From Oscillospiraceae bacterium (GTDB lineage: Bacteria > Bacillota > Clostridia > Oscillospirales > Oscillospiraceae), in NCBI GenBank assembly GCA_017550645.1, contig JAFZOI010000017.1, positions 1,073 through 65,072 on the forward strand: a stretch of 64,000 nucleotides of DNA. The letters are read 5' to 3'. Both the position numbers and the translations under genes were made by a program. The notes beneath the pieces are model-generated. The model was not told the DNA's origin and made no database searches. It saw only the letters and a list, made by a program, of their open reading frames with translations. Positions 1-11,017 of this stretch are shown here, one piece after another; the stretch's first letter is position 1, and each line of letters begins with the position of its first letter.

Positions 1-147
1 CGCGGGAAAAGCGAGCAGCGGCGCGAGCCACGCCGTAGTTCCGGCCTGCGCCGCCGCGGCGGACGGGAGCGCTCTGGTTATCGGCGAAAACCCTCCGATA
101 AAGAGCATGGCCGCGAACTGTTGAAAACTTACCTTATTATTATCCAT
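1..147 (-). CDS. spore germination protein, GerAB-type permease subunit (N-terminal fragment, runs off window)
   Basis: Reverse translation from ATG at 147 gives MDNNKVSFQQFAAMLFIGGFSPITRALPSAAAAQAGTTAWLAPLLAFPA. This is the hydrophobic start typical of GerAB/GerKB subunits. The start overlaps the stop of the GerAC gene. Confidence 0.6.
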   Translation of the reverse strand, partial: MDNNKVSFQQFAAMLFIGGFSPITRALPSAAAAQAGTTAWLAPLLAFPA

Positions 148-1285
148 CGCCGCCGTCTGTGCGAAGCGGAGCGCCGAGATCGTAGGTGCGCTCTATATTC
201 GCCTCGACGCGCACCTCCGTTTCCGCGCCTGCCAGACTCTCCGCGAGGCGGCCGGCAAGGCGGTCGATCTTCACGGGATGCCTGAGCCTCAATTTCCCGC
301 CTATGCCGAGATAATCGCACTCCAACTCGCGCATAAGGCCGAGCGCGCGTTCGATGCGAGAAGCTTCGAGCGAAGCGAGCTCCCGCTCCAGAAACGCGAG
401 TTCGTCCGGGCTGTACGGGTCGGCTCCCCCGCGCAGTTCCTCGATGTTCGCCTTTACGCGCACGTCGACGATGATACGGGACGGCTCGCCTTCGCAGAAC
501 TCCGCGTCAAAGGAGCTTTTTCCGCTCGTCACGCGCAGGGCGGCAAGCCCTCCCCTGCCGTCCGGGACCTCGGTCACGTCGCCCTCGACCTCGCCCGTCA
601 GGAGATTCACCGCACGCGCGGTGTCAGTGTCTATAAATGCGGCGAGCCTGCCGTCTTTGAGTACGGCGTAACCCGCCGACGCGAGGCGCCAGCCGTCGTC
701 TCCGCGCTCAGTACGGACAGCGGCGACGAGCGCCGTCCCGCTCTCGGCAAGGCTCTCTGCCGCCTCGCCGCAGCTGCAGACGCGGCTCTCTGACATGAGG
801 CGGACGTCTTTTTCGAGGGATGCGAGCAGCTCCGCCGTGCTCTCGCTCTCGGTGCTCGTCAGGCGTATCAGCTCGTTGGCGGTCCCATCCTTTACTATAA
901 GAAGCCCCGTGCTCAGGCGCAGCTCCACGGAACGCTCGACGTAATCGAGAAACTTTCCGAGCCCGGCGCGCGCGGCCCCTTCGCCGATGAGCAGATATTT
1001 CACGTGGCCGTAGAAGATATATTTTTTCGAGGAATAGTTCTGCATGAGGCGCATGGAGCGCGCGACGGTCGGCGAAGTGTTCTCGAGGACGGTCGGGCTC
1101 CCTTCGCCGACGCGCATCCCGCTCGCGGCGGTCGCGGTCACGTCCGCTCCCGAGGCGTCGAGGCCGACGGTCCGGATGAGCTCGAGCTGGTCTATTTCGC
1201 GCATGTCGGCGTAAAGCATGCCGCTCTTGCACCCGCCGAGGGCGAGAAGGGCCAAGGCAATGAGCGCGGGGACGAGCTTTTTCAT
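140..1285 (-). CDS. spore germination lipoprotein, Ger(x)C family
   Basis: 381-aa ORF with signal peptide and lipobox (LALLALGGC). Overall Ger(x)C-like sequence. ATGA start/stop overlap with the upstream GerAA gene. Confidence 0.8.
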   Translation of the reverse strand: MKKLVPALIALALLALGGCKSGMLYADMREIDQLELIRTVGLDASGADVTATAASGMRVGEGSPTVLENTSPTVARSMRLMQNYSSKKYIFYGHVKYLLIGEGAARAGLGKFLDYVERSVELRLSTGLLIVKDGTANELIRLTSTESESTAELLASLEKDVRLMSESRVCSCGEAAESLAESGTALVAAVRTERGDDGWRLASAGYAVLKDGRLAAFIDTDTARAVNLLTGEVEGDVTEVPDGRGGLAALRVTSGKSSFDAEFCEGEPSRIIVDVRVKANIEELRGGADPYSPDELAFLERELASLEASRIERALGLMRELECDYLGIGGKLRLRHPVKIDRLAGRLAESLAGAETEVRVEANIERTYDLGAPLRTDGGDG

Positions 1286-2808
1286 GCGCGTTCCCTCGCA
1301 TTTTCGACGTTGAATCCACGCTTTCTGTGCTTTTGGCTCCTGACCGGCCAGCGCAAAACGGCGCGCGATACTTCGCGGGCGTTCCCTCCGGCGAGCGGCC
1401 AGAGATACGGTACGCCGAGGTTTTCAAGCGTAGATAGGTGCCATACGAGCAGGATGACGCCTATCACTATGCCGAAGAGCCCCAGCGCGACCGCCAGACC
1501 GGCAAATGCGAATCTGAAAAGCCGCATTGCGGCGGAGAGGTCCTGATCCGGAACGGTATAGCCCGTTATGCCCGCTATGGCGGCGATGATGACGACGGCC
1601 GGCGAGATGACCTTGGCCTCGACGGCGGACTGCCCGACTATGAGCGCGCCGATGATGCCCATCGTGTCTCCTATGTTCTGCGGCAGGCGCAGGCTCGCCT
1701 CCTGCAAGAGTTCGAGGGCGAGCATCATGCCGAGCACCTCGACGGCTGTTGAAAACGGCACCTCCTGCCTGCTCTCGATAATGGACAGCATCAGCTTTGT
1801 CGGGAGCATTTCCTGATGGTACATCGAGACGGCGACATATACTGCCGGAAGGAGCAGCGAGACGACGAGCGAGACGTATCTGACGAGCGTTATAGCGGAG
1901 GCGACGATATAGTGCCCCGCGACGTCGTCCGGGACCTTGAAAAACTCGGACAGCGTGCCGGGCAGGATAAAGCCCATGGGCAGTCCGTCTGCGAGCACGG
2001 CCGCCCTGCCCTCCAAAAGCGCGATGCAGAGCTTGTCCGGCCGCTCTGTCGACTGCACCTGCGGGAACGGAGAGCCGGGCTTCTCGACGATGTATTCCTC
2101 CAGCGAAGAGGGCGAAAGCACGCCGTCGACGTCCATGGCGGCGAGCCTCGCGCGGAGGCCCTGCACCATCGCTCCGTTCGTGAGGCCCTTAATATATAGT
2201 ATGGCAATGTTAGTCCCCGTCCTGCGCCCGACGGTCAGCTCGCATATCTTCAGATCGGAGTCGCGCATCCTGCGGCGTATAAGGCCGGTGTTCGTCCGCA
2301 GGACCTCCGTCAGACAATCGCGCGAGCCCTTGACGGCCTTTTCCGAGCGCGCTTCGCCTACGGCGCGCTTTTCCCCGCCCTTGGTCTCGAACGTCACGGC
2401 GCAGCCCTCGAGCACGACGGCGCAGAAGCCGCGAAGCACGTCTTCAACGAGCTCGTCCATGCTCTCGCGCACCTTGACCGTCGACCCTGTCACCATGCCC
2501 TCGCTCATGAGCGCGACGGCCTCGCGCAGATCGCTCACGCCGCCGAACCGCTCTGCGGAGGTCAGCGGACGCAGTACGTCGCGCGATATCGCCTCGGAGG
2601 AGACGATGCCGTCTATAAAGCACACGGTCGGCTTTATGCGCACCTCCCCGCCGAGCAGGACCTCGTGCGCCACGAAGTCGTCGCAGCCGGAGAAGACCAG
2701 CGCGATATTCTCCGCCGAGACGGGCATATCATAGCGCGGCTTCGGCTCGGGATGCGCTTTTCCGCGCGGCTTTTTAAGAAACTTCAGGATATTCAACGAT
2801 CTAAACAC
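1282..2808 (-). CDS. spore germination protein, GerAA/GerKA family
   Basis: 508-aa ORF with a soluble N-terminal domain followed by a multi-TM C-terminal region typical of GerA-family A subunits. First gene of the AA-AC-AB operon. Confidence 0.85.
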   Translation of the reverse strand: MFRSLNILKFLKKPRGKAHPEPKPRYDMPVSAENIALVFSGCDDFVAHEVLLGGEVRIKPTVCFIDGIVSSEAISRDVLRPLTSAERFGGVSDLREAVALMSEGMVTGSTVKVRESMDELVEDVLRGFCAVVLEGCAVTFETKGGEKRAVGEARSEKAVKGSRDCLTEVLRTNTGLIRRRMRDSDLKICELTVGRRTGTNIAILYIKGLTNGAMVQGLRARLAAMDVDGVLSPSSLEEYIVEKPGSPFPQVQSTERPDKLCIALLEGRAAVLADGLPMGFILPGTLSEFFKVPDDVAGHYIVASAITLVRYVSLVVSLLLPAVYVAVSMYHQEMLPTKLMLSIIESRQEVPFSTAVEVLGMMLALELLQEASLRLPQNIGDTMGIIGALIVGQSAVEAKVISPAVVIIAAIAGITGYTVPDQDLSAAMRLFRFAFAGLAVALGLFGIVIGVILLVWHLSTLENLGVPYLWPLAGGNAREVSRAVLRWPVRSQKHRKRGFNVENARERA

Positions 2809-2859
2809 TTCCCGGCGTTATTTTGTCCCGCTGCGCCCGGAATAAACCAAAGAAAATGA

Positions 2860-2888
2860 TTTACAACGGCGTTCGATTGTTCTATAAT
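2860..2888 (+). promoter_or_regulatory. sigma-A-type promoter upstream of lexA (TTTACA-17-TATAAT)
   Basis: TTTACA at 2860-2865, 17-nt spacer, TATAAT at 2883-2888, about 30 nt upstream of the lexA ATG. Confidence 0.5.
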
Positions 2889-2919
2889 TTTACATACATT
2901 TGTTTGAGCGGAGGCAGGT

Positions 2920-3504
2920 ATGAGACCACTCAGCGAAAAGCAGCGGCAAATACTCTCCTTCATAGACGCCAGCATTGCCTCGCGCGGCTATTCTCCCTCC
3001 GTGCGCGAGATATGTTCGGGCGTGCGCCTTCGCTCCCCTTCCACGGTGCAGCGGCATCTGAACATTCTTGAAAGCGAAGGATACATACGGCGCGAGAAAG
3101 GCAGTTCCCGCTCGCTGACGCTCACGGGGCGTTCGCCCGCGGGAAAGATCCCCGTTCTGGGCCGCGTGGCGGCCGGACCTCCCCTGACGGCTGAGGAGAA
3201 CATCCTCGGATACGTCGATTTCGATACGAACGAGCCGGACGCATTCTTTGCCCTGCGGATAAAGGGCGACTCCATGATCGGCGCGGGCATCCTCGACGGC
3301 GACACGGTCGTCGTGCATTCGCAGCAGACGGCCGATCCGGGAGACATCGTCATCGCCCTCATAGGCGACGAGGCGACCTGCAAGAGGCTCGCAACTAGAA
3401 AGAAAAAGGTCCTTTTGATGCCGGAAAACGACAAGTATGAGCCGATAGACGGCGCGGACGCGGTCATTTTAGGGCGCGTCGCGGCGCTTATCAGGAATTA
3501 TTGA
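2920..3504 (+). CDS. lexA: LexA repressor (S24 autopeptidase)
   Basis: 194 aa. N-terminal winged HTH (REICSGVRLRSPSTVQRHLNILESEGYI), Ala-Gly cleavage site (GRVAAGPP), catalytic GDSM serine and KRL lysine. Confidence 0.93.
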   Translation: MRPLSEKQRQILSFIDASIASRGYSPSVREICSGVRLRSPSTVQRHLNILESEGYIRREKGSSRSLTLTGRSPAGKIPVLGRVAAGPPLTAEENILGYVDFDTNEPDAFFALRIKGDSMIGAGILDGDTVVVHSQQTADPGDIVIALIGDEATCKRLATRKKKVLLMPENDKYEPIDGADAVILGRVAALIRNY

Positions 3505-3517
3505 GCGTGGTATTATA

Positions 3518-4150
3518 ATGAGCAGATTATCCGAAACGATAAAAGCGTATAAGCAGCGCGATCCCGCCGCGCGGAGCTCTCTGGAGATATTTCTCCTCTA
3601 TCCGGGCATAGGCGCGATCATCGCGCACCGCGTCGCGCACTTTTTCTATGTGCATAAGCTGCGCTTTCTCGCCCGCTGCGTCTCGCAGTGGAGCAGATTC
3701 TGCACGGGCATAGAGATACACCCCGGAGCGAAGATAGGCCGCAGGCTCGTCATCGACCACGGCATGGGCATCGTCATCGGCGAGACGGCCGAGCTCGGCG
3801 ACGACGTGCTGCTCTATCAGGGCGTGACGCTCGGCGGCACGGGCAAGGAGCACGGCAAGCGCCACCCGACCCTCGGAAACAACGTCCTCGTCGGCGCGGG
3901 CGCGAAGATACTCGGGCCCTTCACCGTCGGCGACAACGCGCGAATAGCCTCCGGCGCGGTCGTGCTCGGCGAGATACCGCCCAACGCGACGGCGGTCGGC
4001 GTCCCGGCGAAGGTCGTAAGGCTCGCCGGAGAAAAGGTCGACTACGCTTCCGAGGTCGACCAGATACACGTGCCCGACCCGGTCACGGCGGAGCTTGCCG
4101 CACTCAGGGCAAGACTCGAAGCTCTTGAAAACAAGGAGAGAGACAAATGA
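3518..4150 (+). CDS. cysE: serine O-acetyltransferase
   Basis: 210 aa. QRDPAARS N-terminal motif and left-handed beta-helix hexapeptide repeats (GIEIHPGAKIGRRLVIDHGMGIVIGETAELGDDV). Confidence 0.9.
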   Translation: MSRLSETIKAYKQRDPAARSSLEIFLLYPGIGAIIAHRVAHFFYVHKLRFLARCVSQWSRFCTGIEIHPGAKIGRRLVIDHGMGIVIGETAELGDDVLLYQGVTLGGTGKEHGKRHPTLGNNVLVGAGAKILGPFTVGDNARIASGAVVLGEIPPNATAVGVPAKVVRLAGEKVDYASEVDQIHVPDPVTAELAALRARLEALENKERDK

Positions 4151-5550
4151 AGCTCTATAACAGCGCGACACACAGCAAGGACGAATTCACTCCCAACGAG
4201 CCCGGCGTCGTCAGGATGTATACCTGCGGCCCGACCGTCTACCATTTCGCCCATATAGGCAATCTGCGCAGCTACATCATGGAGGACGTACTCGAAAAGT
4301 ACCTGCGCTGGCGCGGGCTCGACGTGCGCCGCGTCATGAACATCACAGACGTCGGCCACCTCACGAGCGACGCGGATACGGGCGAAGACAAGATGCTCAA
4401 GGGAGCCAGGCGCGAGCACAAGACCGTCCTCGAGATAGCGAAGTTCTATACAGACGCCTTCTTCGCCGACTGCGAGAAGCTCAACATCCGAAAGCCCAAC
4501 ACGGTCGTTCCCGCGACGAGCCGCATAGCGGACTTCATAGAGATGATCTCCGTCCTGCTCGAGAAGGGCTACGCCTACGTCGCGGGCGGCAACGTCTATT
4601 TCGACACCTCCAAGCTCGACGAATACTACATCTTCAACAAGCACAACGAGGACGATCTCCTCGTCGGAGCGCGCGAGGACGTCGGCCTCGACGAAGCCAA
4701 GCGCAACAAGACGGACTTCGTGCTCTGGTTCACCAAGTCCAAATTCGAGGACCAGGAGCTCAAATGGGAGTCGCCGTGGGGGCTCGGCTACCCCGGCTGG
4801 CATATCGAGTGCAGCGCCATCTCCATGCGCGAGCTCGGCGACAGGCTCGATATCCACTGCGGCGGCATAGATAACGCTTTCCCCCACCACACCAATGAAA
4901 TTGCTCAATCCGAGGCCTATTGCGGGCATAAATGGTGCAATTTCTGGTTCCACGTCCACCACCTGAACACGGAGACCGGCAAAATGAGCAAGTCCAGCGG
5001 CGAGTTTCTGACCGTCTCGCTGCTCGAGGAGAAGGGCTACGACCCGCTGGTCTACCGCTTCTTCAATCTCCAGTCGCACTACCGCAAGGCGCTCACCTTC
5101 ACGTGGGACGCTCTCGATAACGCCTCCGGCGCGTTCGATAAGCTTATAGCCCGCGTCGCGGCGATACCCGCGGGCGGCGAGGCCGACCCCGACGAGATGG
5201 AAAAGTACCGCGCCGCGTTCGACGAGGCGCTCGGCAACGACCTGAACACCTCCCTCGCCGTCACGGCGCTCTACGACGTGCTCAAGGCGGACATCTCCCC
5301 CGCCTCCAAGCGCGCGCTCATTGCCGATTTCGATACCGTCCTCGGGCTCGACCTCATAGCCAAGGCGGACGCAAAGCCCGCGGAGGAGCCCGCCGAGGCG
5401 GACGCGGAGATAGACGCCCTCGTCGCGGCGAGGACGGCGGCTCGCGCGGCGAAAAACTGGGCCGAGGCCGACCGCATCAGAGACGAGCTCAAGGCGCGCG
5501 GGATAATCCTCGAGGATACGCCGACGGGCGTCAAATGGAAAAGAGCCTGA
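4147..5550 (+). CDS. cysS: cysteine--tRNA ligase
   Basis: 467 aa. Class I signature HIGN (HFAHIGNLRSY) and KMSKS. ATGA overlap with cysE. Confidence 0.95.
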   Translation: MKLYNSATHSKDEFTPNEPGVVRMYTCGPTVYHFAHIGNLRSYIMEDVLEKYLRWRGLDVRRVMNITDVGHLTSDADTGEDKMLKGARREHKTVLEIAKFYTDAFFADCEKLNIRKPNTVVPATSRIADFIEMISVLLEKGYAYVAGGNVYFDTSKLDEYYIFNKHNEDDLLVGAREDVGLDEAKRNKTDFVLWFTKSKFEDQELKWESPWGLGYPGWHIECSAISMRELGDRLDIHCGGIDNAFPHHTNEIAQSEAYCGHKWCNFWFHVHHLNTETGKMSKSSGEFLTVSLLEEKGYDPLVYRFFNLQSHYRKALTFTWDALDNASGAFDKLIARVAAIPAGGEADPDEMEKYRAAFDEALGNDLNTSLAVTALYDVLKADISPASKRALIADFDTVLGLDLIAKADAKPAEEPAEADAEIDALVAARTAARAAKNWAEADRIRDELKARGIILEDTPTGVKWKRA

Positions 5551-5585
5551 CGGCAGACTTATAAACACCTGATTGGAGCGACATC

Positions 5586-7244
<1,659 letters not shown>

Positions 7245-7252
7245 ATGATAAT

Positions 7253-7290
7253 AAAGCTCCGGAGCGCGGCTGCGTTCCGGAGCTTTATTA
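7253..7290 (+). terminator. rho-independent terminator after glnS
   Basis: Stem aaagctccgga / tccggagcttt with a 12-nt loop, followed by a T-rich tail. Confidence 0.75.
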
Positions 7291-7303
7291 TGCGTTCATG
7301 CGG

Positions 7304-7332
7304 TTGATTATCCGCGCGGCGAGTGGTAAAAT
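7304..7332 (+). promoter_or_regulatory. promoter TTGATT-17-TAAAAT with TGn extension
   Basis: TTGATT 7304-7309, 17-nt spacer ending in TGG, TAAAAT 7327-7332. Lies about 40 nt upstream of the 7373 ATG. Confidence 0.5.
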
Positions 7333-7372
7333 ATGATCAGGAAAACAAAATAAAACATACGGAGGCGTCAAC

Positions 7373-9181
7373 ATGTACAGGATCAACTATTCTTGCCTAA
7401 ACCTCGAGCAGGTCAAGGCGGCCGTCCTGGCGGGCGGCGGTCCCGTGAGCGCGTCGGAGCTCTCCAAAGCGCTCGTTTCCAAGGAGATATGCATTGAGCT
7501 CGACAACGAGGGCGTGGCTCCCCCCTCCCTCAAGTACAGCTTCAAGTGCGAGAAGAAGCTCGTGCTGACCGAAAACGGCGGCGAGCCGGTCGAATGCGCG
7601 TACGGCGCGCTCGAGCTCGGAAAGTACGTGCTCTTTACCCACATGGTCCCCGGCACGCTGAGGGGCTATACGGCCGTGCTCGACATGGCGACCGGCAGGG
7701 CCGCGGTCACGGAGATGTGGTTCATCGACTACGAGGGCACCCCGGTCGAGAAGCTCAACCGCCCGCTCTCGGCGGACGACGTGACGAACCTCGGCTTCTT
7801 CGTCAACCGCGAGGTCGAGCGTCAGGTCTATAAGGGCCGCTTCGTCTGCGAGGGCGTTCCCGCCGCGGAGAGCCGCTTCTTCCGCTCGTTCAGGCTCGAT
7901 AACAAGATGGTCAAGTGGGACGACGATATAGGCAGGCAGCGCGTCTTCACCTACGTCACCAACTACTTCTCCACGATGGTCGAGGTCGACACGCCGGACG
8001 GCGAGGACGTCATCACCTTCCCCTCCGACTATCTGCAGCTCGACGACTGCACGTTCTTCTATGACGTGGGCGAGGTCGAGTACGCGGGCCGTCTCTCCGT
8101 CGAGGTCATAGACCTCTATACGATGAAAAAGATCGGCATGACGATGGGCATAAACGAGGACGACAAATTCGAGTTCTTCCTCTATACGGCCAAGGGCAGA
8201 TACCTCGGGCAGTTCGCCACGTTCTATGATTTCAACGACGACGGCGACGTCGCCCCGCCCTTCATGTCCAAGCGCGTGAACCCCGAGGTCAAGGGCTCGC
8301 GCTGCACCTACAGGACCAGCGTCCTCTCCGGGCAGCCGACGGCGGAGGAGATAAACGCCCTCTGCGGCAACGTCGTCGAATTCGAGCAGGCCGGCAGCAG
8401 CATGGCCTCCGGCAACAAGATGGAGTACAGCAGACAGTGCCTCGGAAAGAAGATAACCTTCCGCGACGACGACGGCTTTGAGGCCGAGCTCGACTTCTTC
8501 GCGGCCGAGCAGCTCCGCTTCCGTCTCAAGGGCGGCGACTGGGCCAAGGCCGAATACCGCGCCTTCCAGCTCGACGCCGATCTCGTCTATCTCGGCTTCC
8601 ACATCAAGGAGTCCTGCCCGCCGCGCGGCCTCATCTTCGCGCTCGACTTCACCAACGGCTGCGCGACCTGCATCGACGCGGTCATGGCGGACGGCGCCGA
8701 TCCGCACGACGTCGTCGAGAAGTACCACTTCGGCTACATGGTGACCGAGGGCGTCCCCGTCCCGCGCACGCGCCGCCACGGCTTCACGAGAGAGCTGCTC
8801 GGACGCTCGTTCACGTGGACCTACTCCAAGATGATGTCCAGCCAGCACATCTACAACTCCCCCACGTCCTATTCCTGGACGATATTCATGGGCGGCACGC
8901 CCGGCGACCCCGGATACAGGTCCGGCGGCTTTGTCTGGAGCTCGCCCTGCACCTACATCAAGCTCAGGGACGACGTCTATATCATGACGTGGGTCGAGCA
9001 GAAATGGTCCGGCAGCTTCACGACCGCGGCGATGAACCTGCGCATCATGCACGACTGCGGCTTCACGCTCGGCCTCACGCACACTGCCGACAAGCTGCTC
9101 TTCCACGCGATGGGTGCGTTCGCGCGCGACGCGGGCAGGGCCGACATGTCCGGCGTATACACGCTCAGGCATCTCGACTGA
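7373..9181 (+). CDS. hypothetical protein, possibly tandem MoaF-like/calycin-type domains
   Basis: 602-aa ORF with its own promoter and terminator and normal amino-acid composition. The C-terminal part (LLGRSFTWTYS...HIYNS...YIKLRDDVYIMTWVE) recalls MoaF C-terminal domains from memory only. Confidence 0.6.
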   Translation: MYRINYSCLNLEQVKAAVLAGGGPVSASELSKALVSKEICIELDNEGVAPPSLKYSFKCEKKLVLTENGGEPVECAYGALELGKYVLFTHMVPGTLRGYTAVLDMATGRAAVTEMWFIDYEGTPVEKLNRPLSADDVTNLGFFVNREVERQVYKGRFVCEGVPAAESRFFRSFRLDNKMVKWDDDIGRQRVFTYVTNYFSTMVEVDTPDGEDVITFPSDYLQLDDCTFFYDVGEVEYAGRLSVEVIDLYTMKKIGMTMGINEDDKFEFFLYTAKGRYLGQFATFYDFNDDGDVAPPFMSKRVNPEVKGSRCTYRTSVLSGQPTAEEINALCGNVVEFEQAGSSMASGNKMEYSRQCLGKKITFRDDDGFEAELDFFAAEQLRFRLKGGDWAKAEYRAFQLDADLVYLGFHIKESCPPRGLIFALDFTNGCATCIDAVMADGADPHDVVEKYHFGYMVTEGVPVPRTRRHGFTRELLGRSFTWTYSKMMSSQHIYNSPTSYSWTIFMGGTPGDPGYRSGGFVWSSPCTYIKLRDDVYIMTWVEQKWSGSFTTAAMNLRIMHDCGFTLGLTHTADKLLFHAMGAFARDAGRADMSGVYTLRHLD

Positions 9182-9211
9182 GGAACTGAATCGACCGCAA
9201 CAATAATAACG

Positions 9212-9243
9212 GAGCCCCGGCTTTCAGACGAAAGCCGGGGCTC
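9212..9243. terminator. bidirectional hairpin terminator between convergent genes
   Basis: 14-bp GC-rich stem gagccccggctttc / gaaagccggggctc with a 4-nt loop. The minus-strand side has a U-rich tail (gttattattgtt). Confidence 0.7.
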
Positions 9244-9263
9244 TCCTTATATCAAACTATCCG

Positions 9264-10145
9264 TCAATCCTTCAATCTGCCTGAGATGGAGATGCCCTGA
9301 ACGAAGTCCTCCTCGCCGTAGAGGAAGAGGAAGACAGGCGGTATCATATAGATAACCGCGGCGGCGAAGGCGATCCCCTGCTCGCCGGAGTTTATCTCCG
9401 CGAGGAAGACCGACAGCGGGAATTTGTCGACGTCCTTGAGCAGGACGAGCGGCTGCTCGACCATGTTCCAGTAATCGACGAAAAGCAGTATCGCCAGAGA
9501 CAGGATTATCGTCCTGCAGACGGGAACGTAGATGCTCTTGAAGATGATCCACCCGCCCGCTCCGTCGAGCTGAGCGGCCTCGGTATAGCTTTTCGGGATG
9601 CGGCGCATGTATTTCGTGAGCAGGAACACCCCGAACGGCGACGCTATCGCCGGTAGCCACACCGCCCAGCGCGTCTTGAGTATGCCGAGCCAGTCCGAGA
9701 CGAGATAGTTTGGGACGAGCGTGACCTGATACGGCATCAGCATCAGTAGGATATAGACGAAGAATACGAGTTCTCTGAGCCTTCCGCGCCAGCGCGTGAA
9801 GCCGTACGCCGCCAGAAGCGCAACGACGATCTGGAAGACGACGATGGGGACGACAAGGATGACGCTGTTCCAGAATTTATAGAGATAATCCGGGCTTTTG
9901 AGCAGGACCGTCCCGTACTGCGAGAACGTGACCCTGTCCGGGATGAGCTTGAGATTGACGTCCTCGGACATGCTCTGTCTCGGATCGAAGACGGTCCCGT
10001 AGTTGCTGCTCAGCTCCGACTGAGTTTCAAAGGAGTTGACGAGGGTCAGGAGCATGGGCATTATGAAGGCGGCCGCGACGAGGAGCGCGACGATGAAAAG
10101 CACGATCCGGGCCGCCGTTTTCTTTTTTCCGACCCGCTTTCTCAT
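9264..10145 (-). CDS. carbohydrate ABC transporter permease (MalG-like)
   Basis: Multi-TM protein with EAA loop (YTEAAQLDGAGGW). Start chosen at MRKRVGKKK (10145) because it forms an ATGA overlap with the upstream permease stop. The longest ORF extends to 10217. Confidence 0.85.
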   Translation of the reverse strand: MRKRVGKKKTAARIVLFIVALLVAAAFIMPMLLTLVNSFETQSELSSNYGTVFDPRQSMSEDVNLKLIPDRVTFSQYGTVLLKSPDYLYKFWNSVILVVPIVVFQIVVALLAAYGFTRWRGRLRELVFFVYILLMLMPYQVTLVPNYLVSDWLGILKTRWAVWLPAIASPFGVFLLTKYMRRIPKSYTEAAQLDGAGGWIIFKSIYVPVCRTIILSLAILLFVDYWNMVEQPLVLLKDVDKFPLSVFLAEINSGEQGIAFAAAVIYMIPPVFLFLYGEEDFVQGISISGRLKD

Positions 10146-11008
10146 TGCTCGATGTCCTTCCCGAAGCGTTTCTCGATGATGAACATCACGGCGATGACCA
10201 CGGCCATGACGAGACACATGACTACCGCCGCGCTCGAGAGCTTCTGATAGTCCAGACTGCCGAACGTGTTGTTCATGAAATGCTGGAGCATGTACAGCCC
10301 TTCCATGGGATAGCTGCCCGCGAGAAGAAAGACCTCCCTGAATATCTTGAAGCTGTTTATGAGAGACAGTATCGCGATAAAGAGGATGGATGGGGACAGA
10401 TAGCGGAGCTTTATCTTGAAGAACTTGCGGAGCGCGCCCGCTCCGTCGATATCGGCGGCCTCAAGCACGTCCTTCGGCACGTTATTGAACGCCGCGAGGA
10501 ACAGTATCATGTTGTAGCCGAGGTTCTTCCAGAGAAACAGCGCGACCGCGATGAGCTGATTATATTCGGATTTGAACCAGTCGATCCTTGCTATACCGAA
10601 CCGGCCGAGGACGCCGTTGAGCGCGCCGTTATAATGAAAAATGACCTGCCATATCAGCACGACGGAAGCTATTGGCACGACGGCAGGCGATAAGAATATG
10701 ACCCGGAAAACGCTTTTCCCGGGAATTTTGCTCTCTATGAGCCCCGCGAGGAGCAGGGCGAGGACGACGGCCAGAGGGACGCTCACGGCCGAGAAAACGG
10801 CCGTGTTTTTCGCCGCGAGCAGGAACGCCGCGTTTTCAAACAGAGCCTTGAAGTTTTCGAGAAAGACGAATCGGCTCCCGAGCTGACCTTCGACGAGAGA
10901 ATAGTAAAATACGACTATAAAAGGGACGACGAAGAACAGACCTACTCCCAGAAAGCTCGGTAGTAGGAAGGCCTTTTCGGATATTCGGTTTTTTATCCGA
11001 TGCTTCAT
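10142..11008 (-). CDS. sugar ABC transporter permease (MalF-like)
   Basis: 288 aa, 6 TM, EAA loop (VLEAADIDGAGALRKFF). Confidence 0.88.
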   Translation of the reverse strand: MKHRIKNRISEKAFLLPSFLGVGLFFVVPFIVVFYYSLVEGQLGSRFVFLENFKALFENAAFLLAAKNTAVFSAVSVPLAVVLALLLAGLIESKIPGKSVFRVIFLSPAVVPIASVVLIWQVIFHYNGALNGVLGRFGIARIDWFKSEYNQLIAVALFLWKNLGYNMILFLAAFNNVPKDVLEAADIDGAGALRKFFKIKLRYLSPSILFIAILSLINSFKIFREVFLLAGSYPMEGLYMLQHFMNNTFGSLDYQKLSSAAVVMCLVMAVVIAVMFIIEKRFGKDIEQ

Positions 11009-11017
11009 CGTTATCCC

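Noticed and set aside
2866-2900. Possible LexA (Cheo) box in the lexA promoter (acaacggcgttcgattgttc, acatacatttgttt).
   Set aside because: Only partial half-sites are present and there is no GAAC-N4-GTTC dyad. Without a PSSM scan I cannot support an operator call.
4042-5568. 508-aa minus-strand ORF antisense to cysS. Similar long antisense ORFs occur at 7397-9172, 12517-14166, 14210-15301, 16054-17112, 24826-26433, 30541-31812, 49065-51125, 51540-52817, 54491-55258 and 56248-57426.
   Set aside because: They lie opposite genes with clear family signatures. They have Arg/Ala/Gly/Asp/Val-dominated low-complexity composition typical of GC-rich shadow frames, and they lack SD sequences.
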